A DNA stretch of 64,000 nucleotides from Paramoeba atlantica (lineage: Eukaryota; Protista; Discosea). Both the position numbers and the translations under genes were made by a program. The notes beneath the pieces are model-generated. The model did no database searches, had not been told where the DNA came from, and saw only the letters and a list, made by a program, of their open reading frames with translations. The DNA lies in NCBI GenBank assembly GCA_977017575.1, contig CDRNVI010000035.1, positions 1-64,000 of the forward strand, read 5' to 3'. The stretch's first letter is position 1. Each line of letters begins with the position of its first letter. Positions 42,434 to 54,612 of this stretch are shown in pieces.

Positions 42434-44986
42434 ACCGAGGCCGAATCCCCCGTGACGTTTGTGTCTTTGTATTTGGTCCTTGGCATTAGCATCGAGGGGA
42501 AAGAGTGCAATTTCGACAGCCTCTGTTAAGTGTTTGTCGAGCTCTTGAGGCAGTTCTCCGAGGGCTTGCGGGGGAGTAGTCCTTAGAGCGTAAACCATCT
42601 GGCAAAAGCCGGCACATTGTCGTATTAAGGAGAGGGCGACTTGGGGATCTTCTATCAGCGTTGTGGCCCCTAGGGTTTCGCTGGCTGGATCGATGGCATG
42701 GGTCCTAAGGAAGTCCGTACAGTGTTCTGCCGAGCCAACTGGGGTACCTAGGATCTCAAAATTGCCGTTGTACCGTATCTTTTCGCTTGGTATGTCCGGA
42801 AATAAAGTCGACGTATGTGCTGACGCTGGGGGTGTGATAATCTCGCACTTGGAGAGGTTTAGAAAAAGTCCCCACTTTGGACCGACCTCTGCTAGAATGT
42901 CCAAAGCTTTTCTGACTTCCTGGGGTTCCCCTATTAGCACCCCGTCGTCGAGGTACCAAAGCTGATTTAGAAGATGGGACCGGGATGCTATGTCCTCCGT
43001 TACCTCTGCCAATACCAACGAAAATAATAGGGGGCCCAGGGGATCTCCTTGCTGTACTCCCTCCGCTGAGGGGATAAAGGAATTATCAAAGGTAAGGCAG
43101 CTGGGGTTTGCGTAGCACCACTCCACCCATGGTGACAGCTCGGGAAAATGCTTACGTGTAAGGAAAATAAAAGCTGGTCTGCTCACGTTATTGAATGCGT
43201 TTCGGAGGTCTACTTTGCAGAAAGTTATATTGTCGTTTTCCAGATTGTTGAACATTAGTCGGCGGCAGAGATGAATGACTCGCTCTGATCCGGCAGCCGC
43301 TGCAACCCCGTACTGCCTGCGACCGAAGAAGGATCCCGCCTTTTCTTTTGCGGAGAAGCAGGCTGCTTTGCTCACCATCCGTCGAAGGGTTTCTCCTGCT
43401 GCAATAGGTCTCACGTCGTCCTCTCCCTTTTCTAGTGCGCAAAGTCTGGCTCCTGCGAAGAAAGGGTGTGCTTCGTCAGGAGCTTTACCCGCCAGGAGAT
43501 GATTCGCGAAGGAAGTGAGTGCTGAGAGGGAGTTTAAATTATGGTCCACATGTTCTAGGATAGCTGCTTGCAGATGTTCTGGTCGTAGCCCCATGGCTCC
43601 AGCTGAAGATCCGCGGCGAAAACCGTTAACAACTTTCTTTACCTCCGATTCGTCAAGTTGCAAAATGCTTTCTTCCAATGGTGGAAGCGGGCAGGTGATG
43701 GGATTCCCGTGAGGACTAGGGTGTTTTTCCTCTAGCTTTTGAAATGTTTCGGCGTTGTAAGGGGCTAGTGGCGCGGCGGTAAGTGCAGCCATTCCCCGGG
43801 AGTATTCACCTTGACGGGTTAGAATTTCTGCTCGTATGGCAGCCTTCTCCGCTTCGTTCTCATTGCTGAGAGTGTTCCCTTTGGAAGGCTTTCTTTCGTG
43901 ATCAGAGACAGCCTCGTCCCATAGGGTGGCGTGTTGTCCTGCAATCCAGAGTTCCATTCGCTTCATGACGTAAGAGGCATATGAAATGCGTCCTCCTCGG
44001 TGTGGAGCTGGAAGTACACACTTCGGGAGCATGGCAAGGAGCGTCCACGCCCTGGCCGAATTTTCATCTACCGCGGAGGAAAGGGCTGCTGTCAGTATCT
44101 TAGACCATAAGTGTCGACATCGATGCGGAACGTCCTTGCACGTGCTTATTGGGGTTGTACAAACTGTCTCCAGCGGTGGTAGGTTGCCTGTGCCCTGAAC
44201 ATCGTAAATAGCCTCGCCTAGGCACTCTGATGTTTGTGAGGGTGAAGTGGTTTGCACGGCTCGTCCTTTGCAGTGCTTCGGATGTGATGTTAACTTGTTG
44301 ACGTCGTAATGTCGGCCGCATGCGTTGCAGAGGAATCGTCCCTCTTTCTCCCACCATTCGTTGGATACGCTGTTCCCGTGTCGGTAAGCTACATGGTTGT
44401 AGTAAGACTGCCATTGTCCGCCGTGAGCTTGGGTTGTCCAGGAGCAGTTTTCTGCAGGGCATTCTCGTTGTCCAGGGTGATCTTGGGAGGGCGGTGCTTC
44501 GCTGTGGTGTGATCGATGTGGGGTTGTAGGTTCTATCGTTTCCTCTTTTCTTGGCGTAGCCTTCTCTCGCACTTTTTGATGAGATTTCGCGATTCCTCGA
44601 GTGTGCCCCTTAGCGTTTGAAGGTGTCATGCATGATTTGCGTCGGGCAAACTTTTTTGTAACGGAGTCTCCGTCGGACTGTGTCTCTTGGCCTGATCCGA
44701 GGACTCGTGAATGGATTGTTTCCTCGTCGCCGATATTTTCTTGTCCTGTGTCGGGTGTTTGTTTCTCGGCTGAAATCAGGGCCGCATTTTTATGCCATCC
44801 GTCCGGAATGTTGGTAGGGATCGGTGTTGTATAGAGCAAATCATTGTACGTACTCGGCTGCTTGATCAGGTGAGCATTTCCAGCGAATTGATCCCAGGAT
44901 CCTGTTTCGTGTGATACTTCCTCACGTAAAAACGACTCATCATCCATCGAGGGGGGTGTTTCATGTAAGGGATCGCCTCCGGACAT
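42434..44986 (-). CDS. Family D RT polyprotein with LsmAD-like N-terminus, 3-prime truncated at the junction with Y1
   Basis: GSWDQF..STYNDLLYTT, Zn fingers, KVDLRNAFN, QGDPLGP, YLDD; SL at 45035-45070. Confidence 0.9.
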
Positions 44987-46097
44987 TAAAAGGAACCGCG
45001 TACCTGGAAAAGAGATGAAATAAGGAAAATAATTCAACAAGGTACAGAAACTGTATCTTTATCGTTAAAGATCGTTTTTTTTTTCGTACATGGAGAAAAT
45101 CTTTGCCTCAACCGCCTCGACCGCCACCCGGTGTCCAACCGGCAGGCTTTTCTTGGTCGAGTGAGCTGGCCACCTTCCAGTGGCAAGATGAATGGGTGTT
45201 TCCACCCACGCACCTCAGGGGAGACACCCCATTACAGGGTAGTGCGAGACTTGCATACCAGAGTTTTGTTGAATCTCGGATTGCGTCAGAGACTCTGGTA
45301 GCTCACTCGCTAAAAACTCCACTGCTCCGGATTGTTAGTCCAGGAGCGCTCCTAGCGTGGAGAAACGAAGGACCTAGCCTAGAAAAAAGGATCTAGTCCC
45401 TTCGCTTCTCCGGGAGATGGGGAGGGATAAAACCTCAGCTAGCACCAATGCCGTTCCACCTCCACCGAGGGGGTAGGGTTAGCGCGCTCGCTAACGACAT
45501 ACATGCCTCGGCGACGGGATGCTACCCCGTCTATGCCCCGGAACGCGGTTAACGACGCCGCGAACAAGGGTTGAACAGGAATAGGAACGGACACATTCCC
45601 TCCTGCTAGCTCGGAAACCCTTACGTCGGAAGGCTGGAGGTCGCCACGCCCCATAAACGACAACGGTCCAATGCCGGGCTCCTGACCTTATCTTCCCCTG
45701 CTGACGCACCCAAAAGGATATGCCGTGGCAATGGCGATCCAGTTATAATTGCGGCGGCTCTATGGCTCCGGCACACGGGCATACGTACCTTGTTTCAATT
45801 GGAAAATGTATGATAACTTTATTTGATATGACAAGGTATACAGTAACCAGGACTACAGTGGGATTATAATATAAATTTATATGCTATGATAAAGTAACGT
45901 ATGACTGTAGACTTGCTCTATAAGTATTTTTCCTTAATTAGGCCTTGGTGACATCGCGCGGGCCCTCACTATTTCATTTAAAAGTTTACGGTAAGCAATT
46001 TAGGCGAGGGCTATTTACTTACGTGGCCGGCGGGCATTGTACGCGCTGTATTTTAAGCTTTTATATGATTACATTTCAATCAACAGTTCAATCAAAA

Positions 46098-47168
46098 GTT
46101 GTACACTTTCGATGAATCTTCATCGAAGGTGTTTTTGACTTTTTTTGACTTTTTTAACTTTTTGTTTTTGAACGAATTTTTCCATTGGCTGTTGAAAACA
46201 CGTTGCATGAAACATATAATTTCATTTTAATTTCAATAATTTTTTGTTTTTTTGTCTGAATTCTGACTTTCCGTTTTCTTTCACATTTTGGCTTGGGGGT
46301 ACGTTCGTTGATTTCTCAACGAACGTACCCTGTGACCGTAAAAAATCTGCAGGACCTTAGAGGGAGGAGGAAGAAAGGCCCAACTGATAACTACTTGGTA
46401 ATCTTGATAATCTTGACCAACTACCTTGATAACAAATTTTAGTACCCATTCGTGGGAAGCAATTTGCGAAGCCCAACTACCTTGATAACAAATTTTAGTA
46501 CCCATTTTGGCCGCGCGGGGGCCCCCGCGTGAGCGGGGGCGCGCGCGGCCGCGAAACGGCGAGGGCCCGCGTGAGCGGGCCTGAGCCGTACCCCGCGTAG
46601 GGTTCCCCTGTGCGTCGTTAGTGGGAAGCAATTTGCGAAGCTCACTGAATTTCGTAGTTTTCGCTACGCAGGCGTTGTCAACGTATATAGCGAAGTATAG
46701 GATACTGAACGCACGGAAAATGAAAATCAAAAAAAAATTCTTGGATGTTCCACAAAAGTCCTTGACTTATGCAAAAGTCCTTGATTTCCACCGTGAATTT
46801 CCGTTCGTTGAGTACTCAACGAAAATCCGGCACTTCGTTGAGTACTCAACGAAAGTCCTGTGTTTACCCCTTCCGCAGGATTGTCGCTCAAAATATGTAT
46901 ATGGATCAGTCAAAAACGCTTCGATGAAGATAAACTGAAGAAACGGTGAAATTCCTCTACGAGCCTTCACAAAACACTTCGATGATGCACCAAAAAAGTC
47001 AAAATGTCTATATGGATCCGCGAAAAACGTTTGCGTGAAGATTTGAAAAAATAAAAAAAAAGTCAAAAACACCTTCGATGAAGATTCATCGAAAGTGTAC
47101 AACTTTCAATGTGCTTCATCGAAAGTTGTACACTTTCGATGAAGCTTCATCGAAGGTCCCCCCTACCC
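46098..47168. mobile_element. T1 MITE, inverted copy with one terminus missing
   Basis: Reverse complement of 11957-13000; ends GGTCCCCCCTACCC. Confidence 0.8.
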
Positions 47169-47253
47169 GTATTCTCTAATTGCATGGAGGGGGGTGTTTA
47201 CTCGTTTGTTATATTCTTGTTAGGTTGTTATTTTGTTACGTTTAAAGTTTTGT

Positions 47254-47289
47254 CTTTAACGATAAAGATACAGTTTCTGTACCTTGTTG
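47254..47289 (+). other. SL exon copy with the same 30-bp duplication as at 13914
   Basis: Full 36-nt match. Confidence 0.85.
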
Positions 47290-47319
47290 GTTGTTATTTT
47301 GTTACGTTTAAAGTTTTGT

Positions 47320-48721
47320 ATGAGATCCCAACGTTTACGGGCTCCGTCGGAGCCACGCCAGGAGCGCGATAGATCACCGAAGCGGAATAGGGCGCCGACA
47401 CCCATTCAGACCTCCTCCGTCCAAGACCATTCTAAGCGTGAGTCCCTTTCGTGCCCTCCCGTGCGCCCCCCTCTCCCCCCTCTCCCCACGCAGCCGGCTC
47501 CGCAGGTATCCGCGCGACCTCCTCCGATTCCCCCTACTCCTGTCCCAGCGCGCCGAAAGGTACGCCCTTCTGGTAGAGCACTCAGCCCCGCCCGCGAACC
47601 GCCTAGCCCTCTCCCTTCCAACCTTCCCAGTTTGCCTGCGAGCTCCCTCCCTAGCCCCTACCCTTTTCCGCTGGAGGCTCCCGAGCCTATATGCGACGAA
47701 GAGGAACCCTTAACCCCGACCAGGTTGAGGATTCTCGCTCGCCGCGCCGTTACGAGGCCCTTGACATTGACCACGTCGAGTTGCCGCAGCGTTCACGCTG
47801 TGATGCGCGTGGGATCATGACACAATCCAGCAAAGAAGAGTTCATCACGAAAGTGATTGAGCTTCTGCGCAAGGACTACGAGGTCACCGTCGAGGCTGTA
47901 TGGTCCCTTCCCCGTGACGGCCTACGGCAGACGGTTATAGGGTTGGTGCATATGACGCATCCTAAGGACCCTAACTCAACTGAGTTGTTCGCCGAGTGGG
48001 ATGGGGACAAGAACACTGCCTATCGTTTTCCCCATCCCGAGATCAACTACCACTCTTTGGAACTGGCCCATGTTCGGGCGCAGATGCCGGGTGGGAAACC
48101 AGTTGAAGATCTGATCCCCACGTTTGAACGCGTCCGTATTACGGACCCGAAAGGCTTCTCCCCCTACGATCCGGTTACTTGGCAACCGTGGATCGACACG
48201 GATGATTTGTTCAAGCCACGTGAACTCATCCGTGAGCTGCGCGAAGCTCCGCAGCTTGGGGTACGCTTCAACCCTCCGCCACAGCCTGAGCGCCTGTTCA
48301 AGATGTTAACTGAATGGGTGTACGCTGCGTGCAATACGGAGGGATGGCTAGAGAAGCTAACCTCGCCGTAGCCCTTCTCATCATCGAAGAGCTTCGCAAC
48401 CATTATTGGGCTGCGGCGGGCGTTGCTGTCGAGCGTGTGCAACAGCGGTTGCACCGTGACGACGACCCTCAGGACCGCTACGGTCAGCTTGTGGTTGACG
48501 AGCAACTGAGGGGCCGGACTGCGCAGCGTGCTCCTCGTCGACGCAGCCAAGGACCTTTCTGTTTTGGCTGTCATCAGCCAGGCCACCTCCGATCGAACTG
48601 CCCCCAAGCGTCCCAACAGCAGGGGGGGCAGTTCCGTACCACACGCGCCCCGCAACTGGATTTTCGCGGCGGGATGGTGGGCAGCGCCAACCGTTACGGC
48701 GCAACACGGGCTTTCCACTAG
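47320..48721 (+). CDS. YR retrotransposon Y2 gag-like ORF with CCHC knuckle (two frameshifts)
   Basis: Pro/Arg-rich start, central domain in ORF 47691-48371, CFGCHQPGHLRSNC in 48314-48721. Confidence 0.75.
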
Positions 48722-48724
48722 GAA

Positions 48725-49909
48725 ATGCCCCCCACCCCAATTACTGCTCGTGCCCGTCGTCCCAGGCGACGACGGGTGGATATTCTTACCCCTGTTTCCT
48801 CCCCGTCTCTCCGCCAGCGCGAAAGACGGCCACGCGTGCGTGGCACTACTCCTCCTCCCCGCCCTCTCTCCCCGTTACGTCTAAGGCGCAGAAGCGTCTC
48901 CCTCCCAATCCGTCCTCTACCCCGGCTTCCCGTTCCCGTTTACACCGCCGCCAAGACCGCCGCCGCCAAAACCGCTGCCGTCGTAACCGCCGACGCCGCA
49001 CAGCCTCCAGGAGGACGCCGCCAGGAGCTGCTGAGGGCGATTCTTCGAATGCCCCCCGAGGACCCGCGCGCCACCCAGATGAACGAGGCGCTCAGACCCA
49101 TGTGGGCGACGGCCACGTGGGCCACAAGGGAGCGATTGTGGTTCCGCCTGCGCGAGTATTGCCAGGCGAAGGGAATCACCGCGAATCCTGCAAACGCGGT
49201 GCTCTTCCTAGAGACTCTGCCTCTCGCTACCTCGACGCGCATGGGGTACGCAGGGGCATTGAGGACTCTGTTCGAGCTCATGGGAATCGAAGGTACCCCA
49301 TTGAGTCTCTACGTAAAGGCCCTGCAGGCGCAGGGGGGGCTAGAACCCACGCGGCAGATGCTTCCAATCACGCCACTTCTTCTAAAGAAGCTGAGACGTC
49401 ATCTCGACGTAAAGGAGAGCATGTGTTGCCTCCTGTGTTGGAAAGCCGCTGCGAGATGGACCGAGACCGCCGACCTGAGGCGGGAGCAGTTCGTGAGTGT
49501 GGCCAGTCACGAGGTAATCATCTATTGGGGCAGGGGGACCAAGACAACCCGTCTGAATCCTTACCGGCCGTACCTCTACGCGATAGTGACTGGACCGGGG
49601 ACACCCGAACTGGCTCAGTTTGTGGGAAGTTTGAGACCAGGCCAACGCCTGTGTTACACGACGGTCCGGGAGATGGACCACAGGATGAATCAACTTCTCG
49701 GTCCCGGGTATGGAACACATTCCATAAAAGGAGGTACAATTACTTACCTATTCCACGAGATCTCCCTCGGGAATCTCAGGATGGAGGACGTCCAGAACCT
49801 CACGAAACACCTCAACGTCGAATCACTGTTGCGCTACAACGCAAGCAGTATTACAACGGCAAGGGCTCTCGGGACGCAGAGAGTCTCAGCCCGTCTCCCA
49901 GTGCTGTAA
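48725..49909 (+). CDS. Y2 tyrosine recombinase
   Basis: WKAAARWTE, KTTR, THSIKGG, TKH, LLRY. Confidence 0.88.
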   Translation: MPPTPITARARRPRRRRVDILTPVSSPSLRQRERRPRVRGTTPPPRPLSPLRLRRRSVSLPIRPLPRLPVPVYTAAKTAAAKTAAVVTADAAQPPGGRRQELLRAILRMPPEDPRATQMNEALRPMWATATWATRERLWFRLREYCQAKGITANPANAVLFLETLPLATSTRMGYAGALRTLFELMGIEGTPLSLYVKALQAQGGLEPTRQMLPITPLLLKKLRRHLDVKESMCCLLCWKAAARWTETADLRREQFVSVASHEVIIYWGRGTKTTRLNPYRPYLYAIVTGPGTPELAQFVGSLRPGQRLCYTTVREMDHRMNQLLGPGYGTHSIKGGTITYLFHEISLGNLRMEDVQNLTKHLNVESLLRYNASSITTARALGTQRVSARLPVL

Positions 49910-50262
49910 CCTCGGAGCACGTGGCAAAGTGCTTCGAGGAAGTGCCTTACCTTCGCAGGCACTCCGTTGTTTGTGCACGCCGCTCTTCACGGCTAGCCAA
50001 GGCACACGACGCTCACCTACCTTTGCACGTTAAGAAGTCGATACCTGTTATCCATTTGGATCAGGTTAAGGAGTGGATGAGTATGTCAGCTGCCACTCGT
50101 TTTCGCAAGGTAGTGGATGAATTATTATGGGTACCTAAAGCCCCGTACCCCGAACCTAGTGTGAAAGGTTCATTGCCTGAGGCGGACGTCCGATTGTTGG
50201 AGGACGCAGGCATAATCTCTAAGGTCCCGGCGCAGGAGTTGAGAAAGCGCCCATCGATGCAG
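49102..50262 (+). CDS. Y2 RT frame (extension overlapping YR plus RT N-terminus), truncated by the Mb insertion
   Basis: LPLHVKKSIP..KGSLPEAD homologous to the Y1 RT start. Confidence 0.8.
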
Positions 50263-51248
50263 TAATAGTTCACGTTTTGAAATTTAGCCGAGGGGTGGCT
50301 ATATATTTGCCTGCTGGCCCTTCGGGGCACATAATTTTCTCAAATTATGATGTAGTATTCTCTAATTGCATGGAGGGGGGTGTTTACTCGTTTGTTATAT
50401 TCTTGTTAGGTTGTTATTTTGTTACGTTTAAAGTTTTGTAAAATATAAAGGCAACATCGACAAATACAGCGATAATCAGCATCATCATATTGGTAAGCTA
50501 GACAGTCATATTGAAGGAAAACCCTAGGGGACAGGATCACCAAATACAAAAAAAAAAGACAAGAAAAAAAGAAAAAAAACAAAGACAAAAAAAAAAAAAA
50601 AGAGCGGACGGGGTCCTGGGGTTTGGAGGTTGTCCCTATAATTTTGGAAGGTTATGGATGTTAATCGGTTGACAAACTTTATCCTCACGCCTTGGTTTTC
50701 GAAAACAAGGTTCCCCAATGTGAGATAAAGGTGAGTAAAGTTTTCTTTACTCTGCGATTAGCGCCTTAATGTTTTTAACCGCGTCATTGTTGACACGGCC
50801 GTACACCACGCCTAGTTGCTCCACACTTCTAGGTCCCAAGTTGGTATATGGGCAGAGGTTGAAAGCGTAACCTGTGTAGCTCGTGTGAGCTTGTAAAGGG
50901 CGTGGTAATGGACTGGTCATCTATTGCTATCGTTATCCTTTTGTGAGCTCTGCATATTTTGATATTTTCTATCTATTAATATTTGACTACGTGATTGGGC
51001 ATTTTGCGTTTATTGTGACGTGTGTGTGGGCAGGTTGGCCGAGGGTTCCGGTGGGGGGGAACCCCGTTAACAGAGTGACATTGATTGTGTTGTTTTATGC
51101 AGGCTTGTTTCTTTTCCATCTTTGTGCGTGTGAAATGAATGAATGATATGTTGTGTCATTTTGAATTACGATTGAGCTATTCATAGTTGTTCATTTATTC
51201 ATATATGTTATCAGTGTATATGTTTCCAGGGAGCCCCTCGGCGTGGAT
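50263..51248 (+). mobile_element. Non-coding TAATAG element Mb
   Basis: Same two termini as 13737-14670, different interior. Confidence 0.7.
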
Positions 51249-51699
51249 TTCTGTATTATCTTCCTTCTTTTTAAGTAACTTGCATGAATTGTTTTTGAAT
51301 TGTTTTGACTTAGATTTAAATTTATTATCTTTGTTGAAATATTTTCTGGTGACTGGCTTTTTGCCCGGGGGCGGACTTCTTCTAGTCACTTCCCGCCAGA
51401 CCCCCGCAGCTGAAAATCCGGACGCGAGTTTCCGGTTTGGTCTGGTTGTTGTCGATTCGGGTAATTTCTTCGTGATCTTCGACGAACAAAGAATTGGCCT
51501 CGAGATTTGTTGAAGTTAATACTGCTCTCCAACATATTGCCCAGCTCGTCGGTAGGATCTTGTTGCGCTGTGTAATGTGTCTCCTTTAAGAATAGCTAAT
51601 TTGATGCGCATTCGGTCTAGTAACATTTGGCCATCTTTGTATGCCTTTTGTCAGTGTTATCTAGCCCGCCGTTGTTTTGGGCTAGCGTAATCCATTGGT

Positions 51700-54330
51700 G
51701 CACGAGATCCCATAAGTATTGCAGCTCCGGGCTCATCGTGGAACCCAAGTGCAGTCCTACGCGCAAACGATTTTCCAGAACGTCGTAATCTTTTGTTGGC
51801 TTTCAAAGGGCTTCCCAAGTGGAGACGTCGTGAAGGAGGAACTCCTTAGGAGGCATGTATTCCGCTTGCGTTTCGGTATCGATGGGAGTCTTCCCGATTA
51901 TCTCAATCTCAAGCCAACGCCTAAGCGACGTCGATCCCGTGATCTTTCCATATTGTGTATTCCACCTTCTTCATAACATTCGGACGTGCAACTTCTATTT
52001 GCCACGCTGCCACCCGCTTTGGTGTGGCATCCACGGCAAAGAAGATAGGTTCTTGCCGCGCAGCCGACAAATGTGTTTTTCGATGTGAATACCGTGGGAT
52101 TAATTGGAATAAGATTTTTATCGCGTCAGTCAAAGGTTCCTCAAGACAACTGAAGCATTTGTCCCAGTTCTCAACGACTCCGAGTTCACTTTGAACTTTA
52201 GTCAGACGTCCTAAGTGTCGCCGGTGAATGTTCAAAACAGGTAGCGCAAAGCGTAAGAACCCTAATATGCTGAAAAAGCTTCTAGGGGAGTTCGGAGGAC
52301 GTTTTTGCATCCGATGTTTCCAATATTCAATGGAAGCCGTATCGATCGACCAAGATACACCGCACGGATCCCCTCTTATCGACACCCCACAAAAGGTACA
52401 ACTCTTGGGTTCCAGTGTCAGATACTTGAGTGTAATTTTCGCTTTCTTAAAGATACAATACAAGTGGGCACGCCACATATCAATCAGTGTTGAAGGAGCG
52501 AGAACTAATACCGAGTCATATACTAAGAATATGATACCACCGTTTGTAAGGTGCAAGAAGCCTGGAGCGATGTGACTATCAGACAAGCAGTCTGGAATTC
52601 CAAGATCTCTGAGCACAGTTTCCTGTCCGTGGAGTATCATCCCCCAAACAAGCGCTTGGCATACGCCACACGCATACCGTTACCCCCCCCCCCTTACTTC
52701 ACCACATTTAGTCGCTGGACGTGTGGTGAAGTAAGGGGGGTGTCGGATTTTTCTCAGACAACTTACCACCTCTTTACACAGCCGGAGGGGTGCAACCGAC
52801 CGTTGCATCGGGGTAAGGCGAGGCAGAGCCAAGCCCAGTTGTCTTCAAGGAGGGACACAGTTGGCGCACAAACATCGATGAACAAAGGTTCTTGGTGCAC
52901 ACGTCGGTGAGGATGACGCCGTCATACCAGGATTTTAAACCACAGTCCGCTTTAACGTTCCGGGGTGAAATGATAACGGTTACAGGAATGCTACGTAGCT
53001 GCAGGAATGACTTTTGAAGATTGTCTTGGGTTTACCGTACGATTCGTCGACGCAACGGGTTGGTAGCAGCACGTTGTTGCCGCCTTGTACTAACGAAAAC
53101 AGGTAGAGGACTTCGGCCTCGAAACTTTCAAATCTATCGAAGTTAAAGTTAGTTACCGATCGGAGCTATCCGGAATGATTTAGTATGTTGAACCATTTCT
53201 AATTCAGAACGATTTTCTTCCATGTCAGTTTCATCATCATGTCAGTTTGATCATAAAGTTGCGCCACAGCGTTTTGTAATTCTAAAATTTAAATTGGTGT
53301 TCAATGGGTTATGTTCTGCGACATCATTTAAATTTCACGATGTAAGATATTTTCATGGGGGGAAAGTTAAAAGCCCATGGGACATTGTAGACAAGCTAAA
53401 CGAAACATAAAATATAGAATGTGGAACACGAGGTATTACAACACTCAAGAAAAGGAAATTACGCCCAATGTCGATCGCCTAGTGCACTTCAATAATTTGA
53501 GGATTTTCGAGAGAACTATAAATTGATCGAACTTTGAATCATTTATTCACCCCCCTTACTTCACCACCCCCTTTACTTCACCACAAAGTACGGGTCTTGG
53601 GCCAAAAAGTCGGGGCTAAGTAAGGGGGGGGTAACGGTACTTCCACCCCATGGGCAAGACTCTGAGTCTGTAGGTAGTTCCATGCATGTATACACAGCAT
53701 TGCTGTCTTAGATCATTTTCGATCGTGATGGTAGTATGCGTTCTTAATATCGCAGTGTACTATTCGCAACCTTAACCTTGTGACTAAGAGCTCTCGAAGA
53801 AGAGAGATCAGTGTTCCTGCACTTACTAAAGAAAACTGTATCCCTGTTCCCGGGCAGTGTTTGTTCAAAAATCTGAGGTCAAAAATTGCCTGAGCCTTAT
53901 TTTCATCTTTCAATACGGCGGCGTATCGACCATAGATAGGACTCTTATCAAGGCTTAAAGTCTGTGCAACATTTCTCCAAAACCCCGACCTTTATTAAAT
54001 AAAGAATATGGCGGCTCCAGCGATCCGTATTCCACTCGCTCGGATTTTGACCTTCCATTGTTAAGCCTTGGACAGCGGCTGTAGAAATTAGATGTAATGC
54101 CTTCTTTACAAAGGGGACATTTGCCAATGTTTCACCAAGAATCAATCTAGCGCCCCCCACATTAACCAATTCTTTAAGAGGGTCCGTCGGGATTGCCCAC
54201 TGACCTTTTCGAGCCGTTTGATCGTAGTCACCCAAATTTATTCCGTTCCCCGTTGGTAAAGAACTAAAATAGATACCTGCACTACGTAGCATGAGTATCC
54301 ATCCGTTTAAATCAGCAGTGTTGTAGGAAC
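51700..54330 (-). pseudogene. YR retrotransposon Y4 RT/RNase H, degenerate, split by a MITE
   Basis: AIFDLRFLN, HCDIKNAYY, RVLPMGWK|YACGVCQ, IFLVYDSVLV, FFAVDAT. Confidence 0.82.
52677..53637. mobile_element. Tc1/mariner/pogo-type MITE with TA TSD
   Basis: TIR CCGTTACCCCCCC(n)TTACTT; TA at 52675-76 and 53638-39; removing it restores the RT frame WKYACG. Confidence 0.88.
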
Positions 54331-54612
54331 TGCGCGAAGTCTGGTTCTGTATATTGTGTTAAAAAAGTAGTGCCTAAACTAATGTCAAAGTACAGTTGTG
54401 TCGCTTTTCATGCGAGACTGAGTCGCATGGTGAAGGTTCTATCCTTGTACACGTACTTTCCGAATACTCTTATACTTATCAGTTGTATCAGAGCCGCACT
54501 AAATCGAATACAAGTGTACCATACATAGCACGTATAGTACAGTAACATACATAGTACATGTATGTATCTCCTATACTGTGTGTCAAATTCTGCTACAAGC
54601 TTACATTTTCGT

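Noticed and set aside
29158-45090. cDNA-ligation or whole-transcriptome-amplification artefact
   Set aside because: All chained RNAs are transposon-like rather than abundant housekeeping mRNAs, all are co-oriented, and SL relicts are interrupted by a DNA transposon with a TSD; read-level checking is still advised
45090-45780. ORFs 45103-45396 and 45439-45709 upstream of element D
   Set aside because: No motif I can support; possibly another A-tailed passenger RNA, but it has no SL or repeat evidence
1274-46730. Repeated 68-171 aa ORFs over the G-module, and antisense ORFs within RT genes
   Set aside because: They span junctions of unrelated modules or shadow GC-rich coding strands; no recognisable domains
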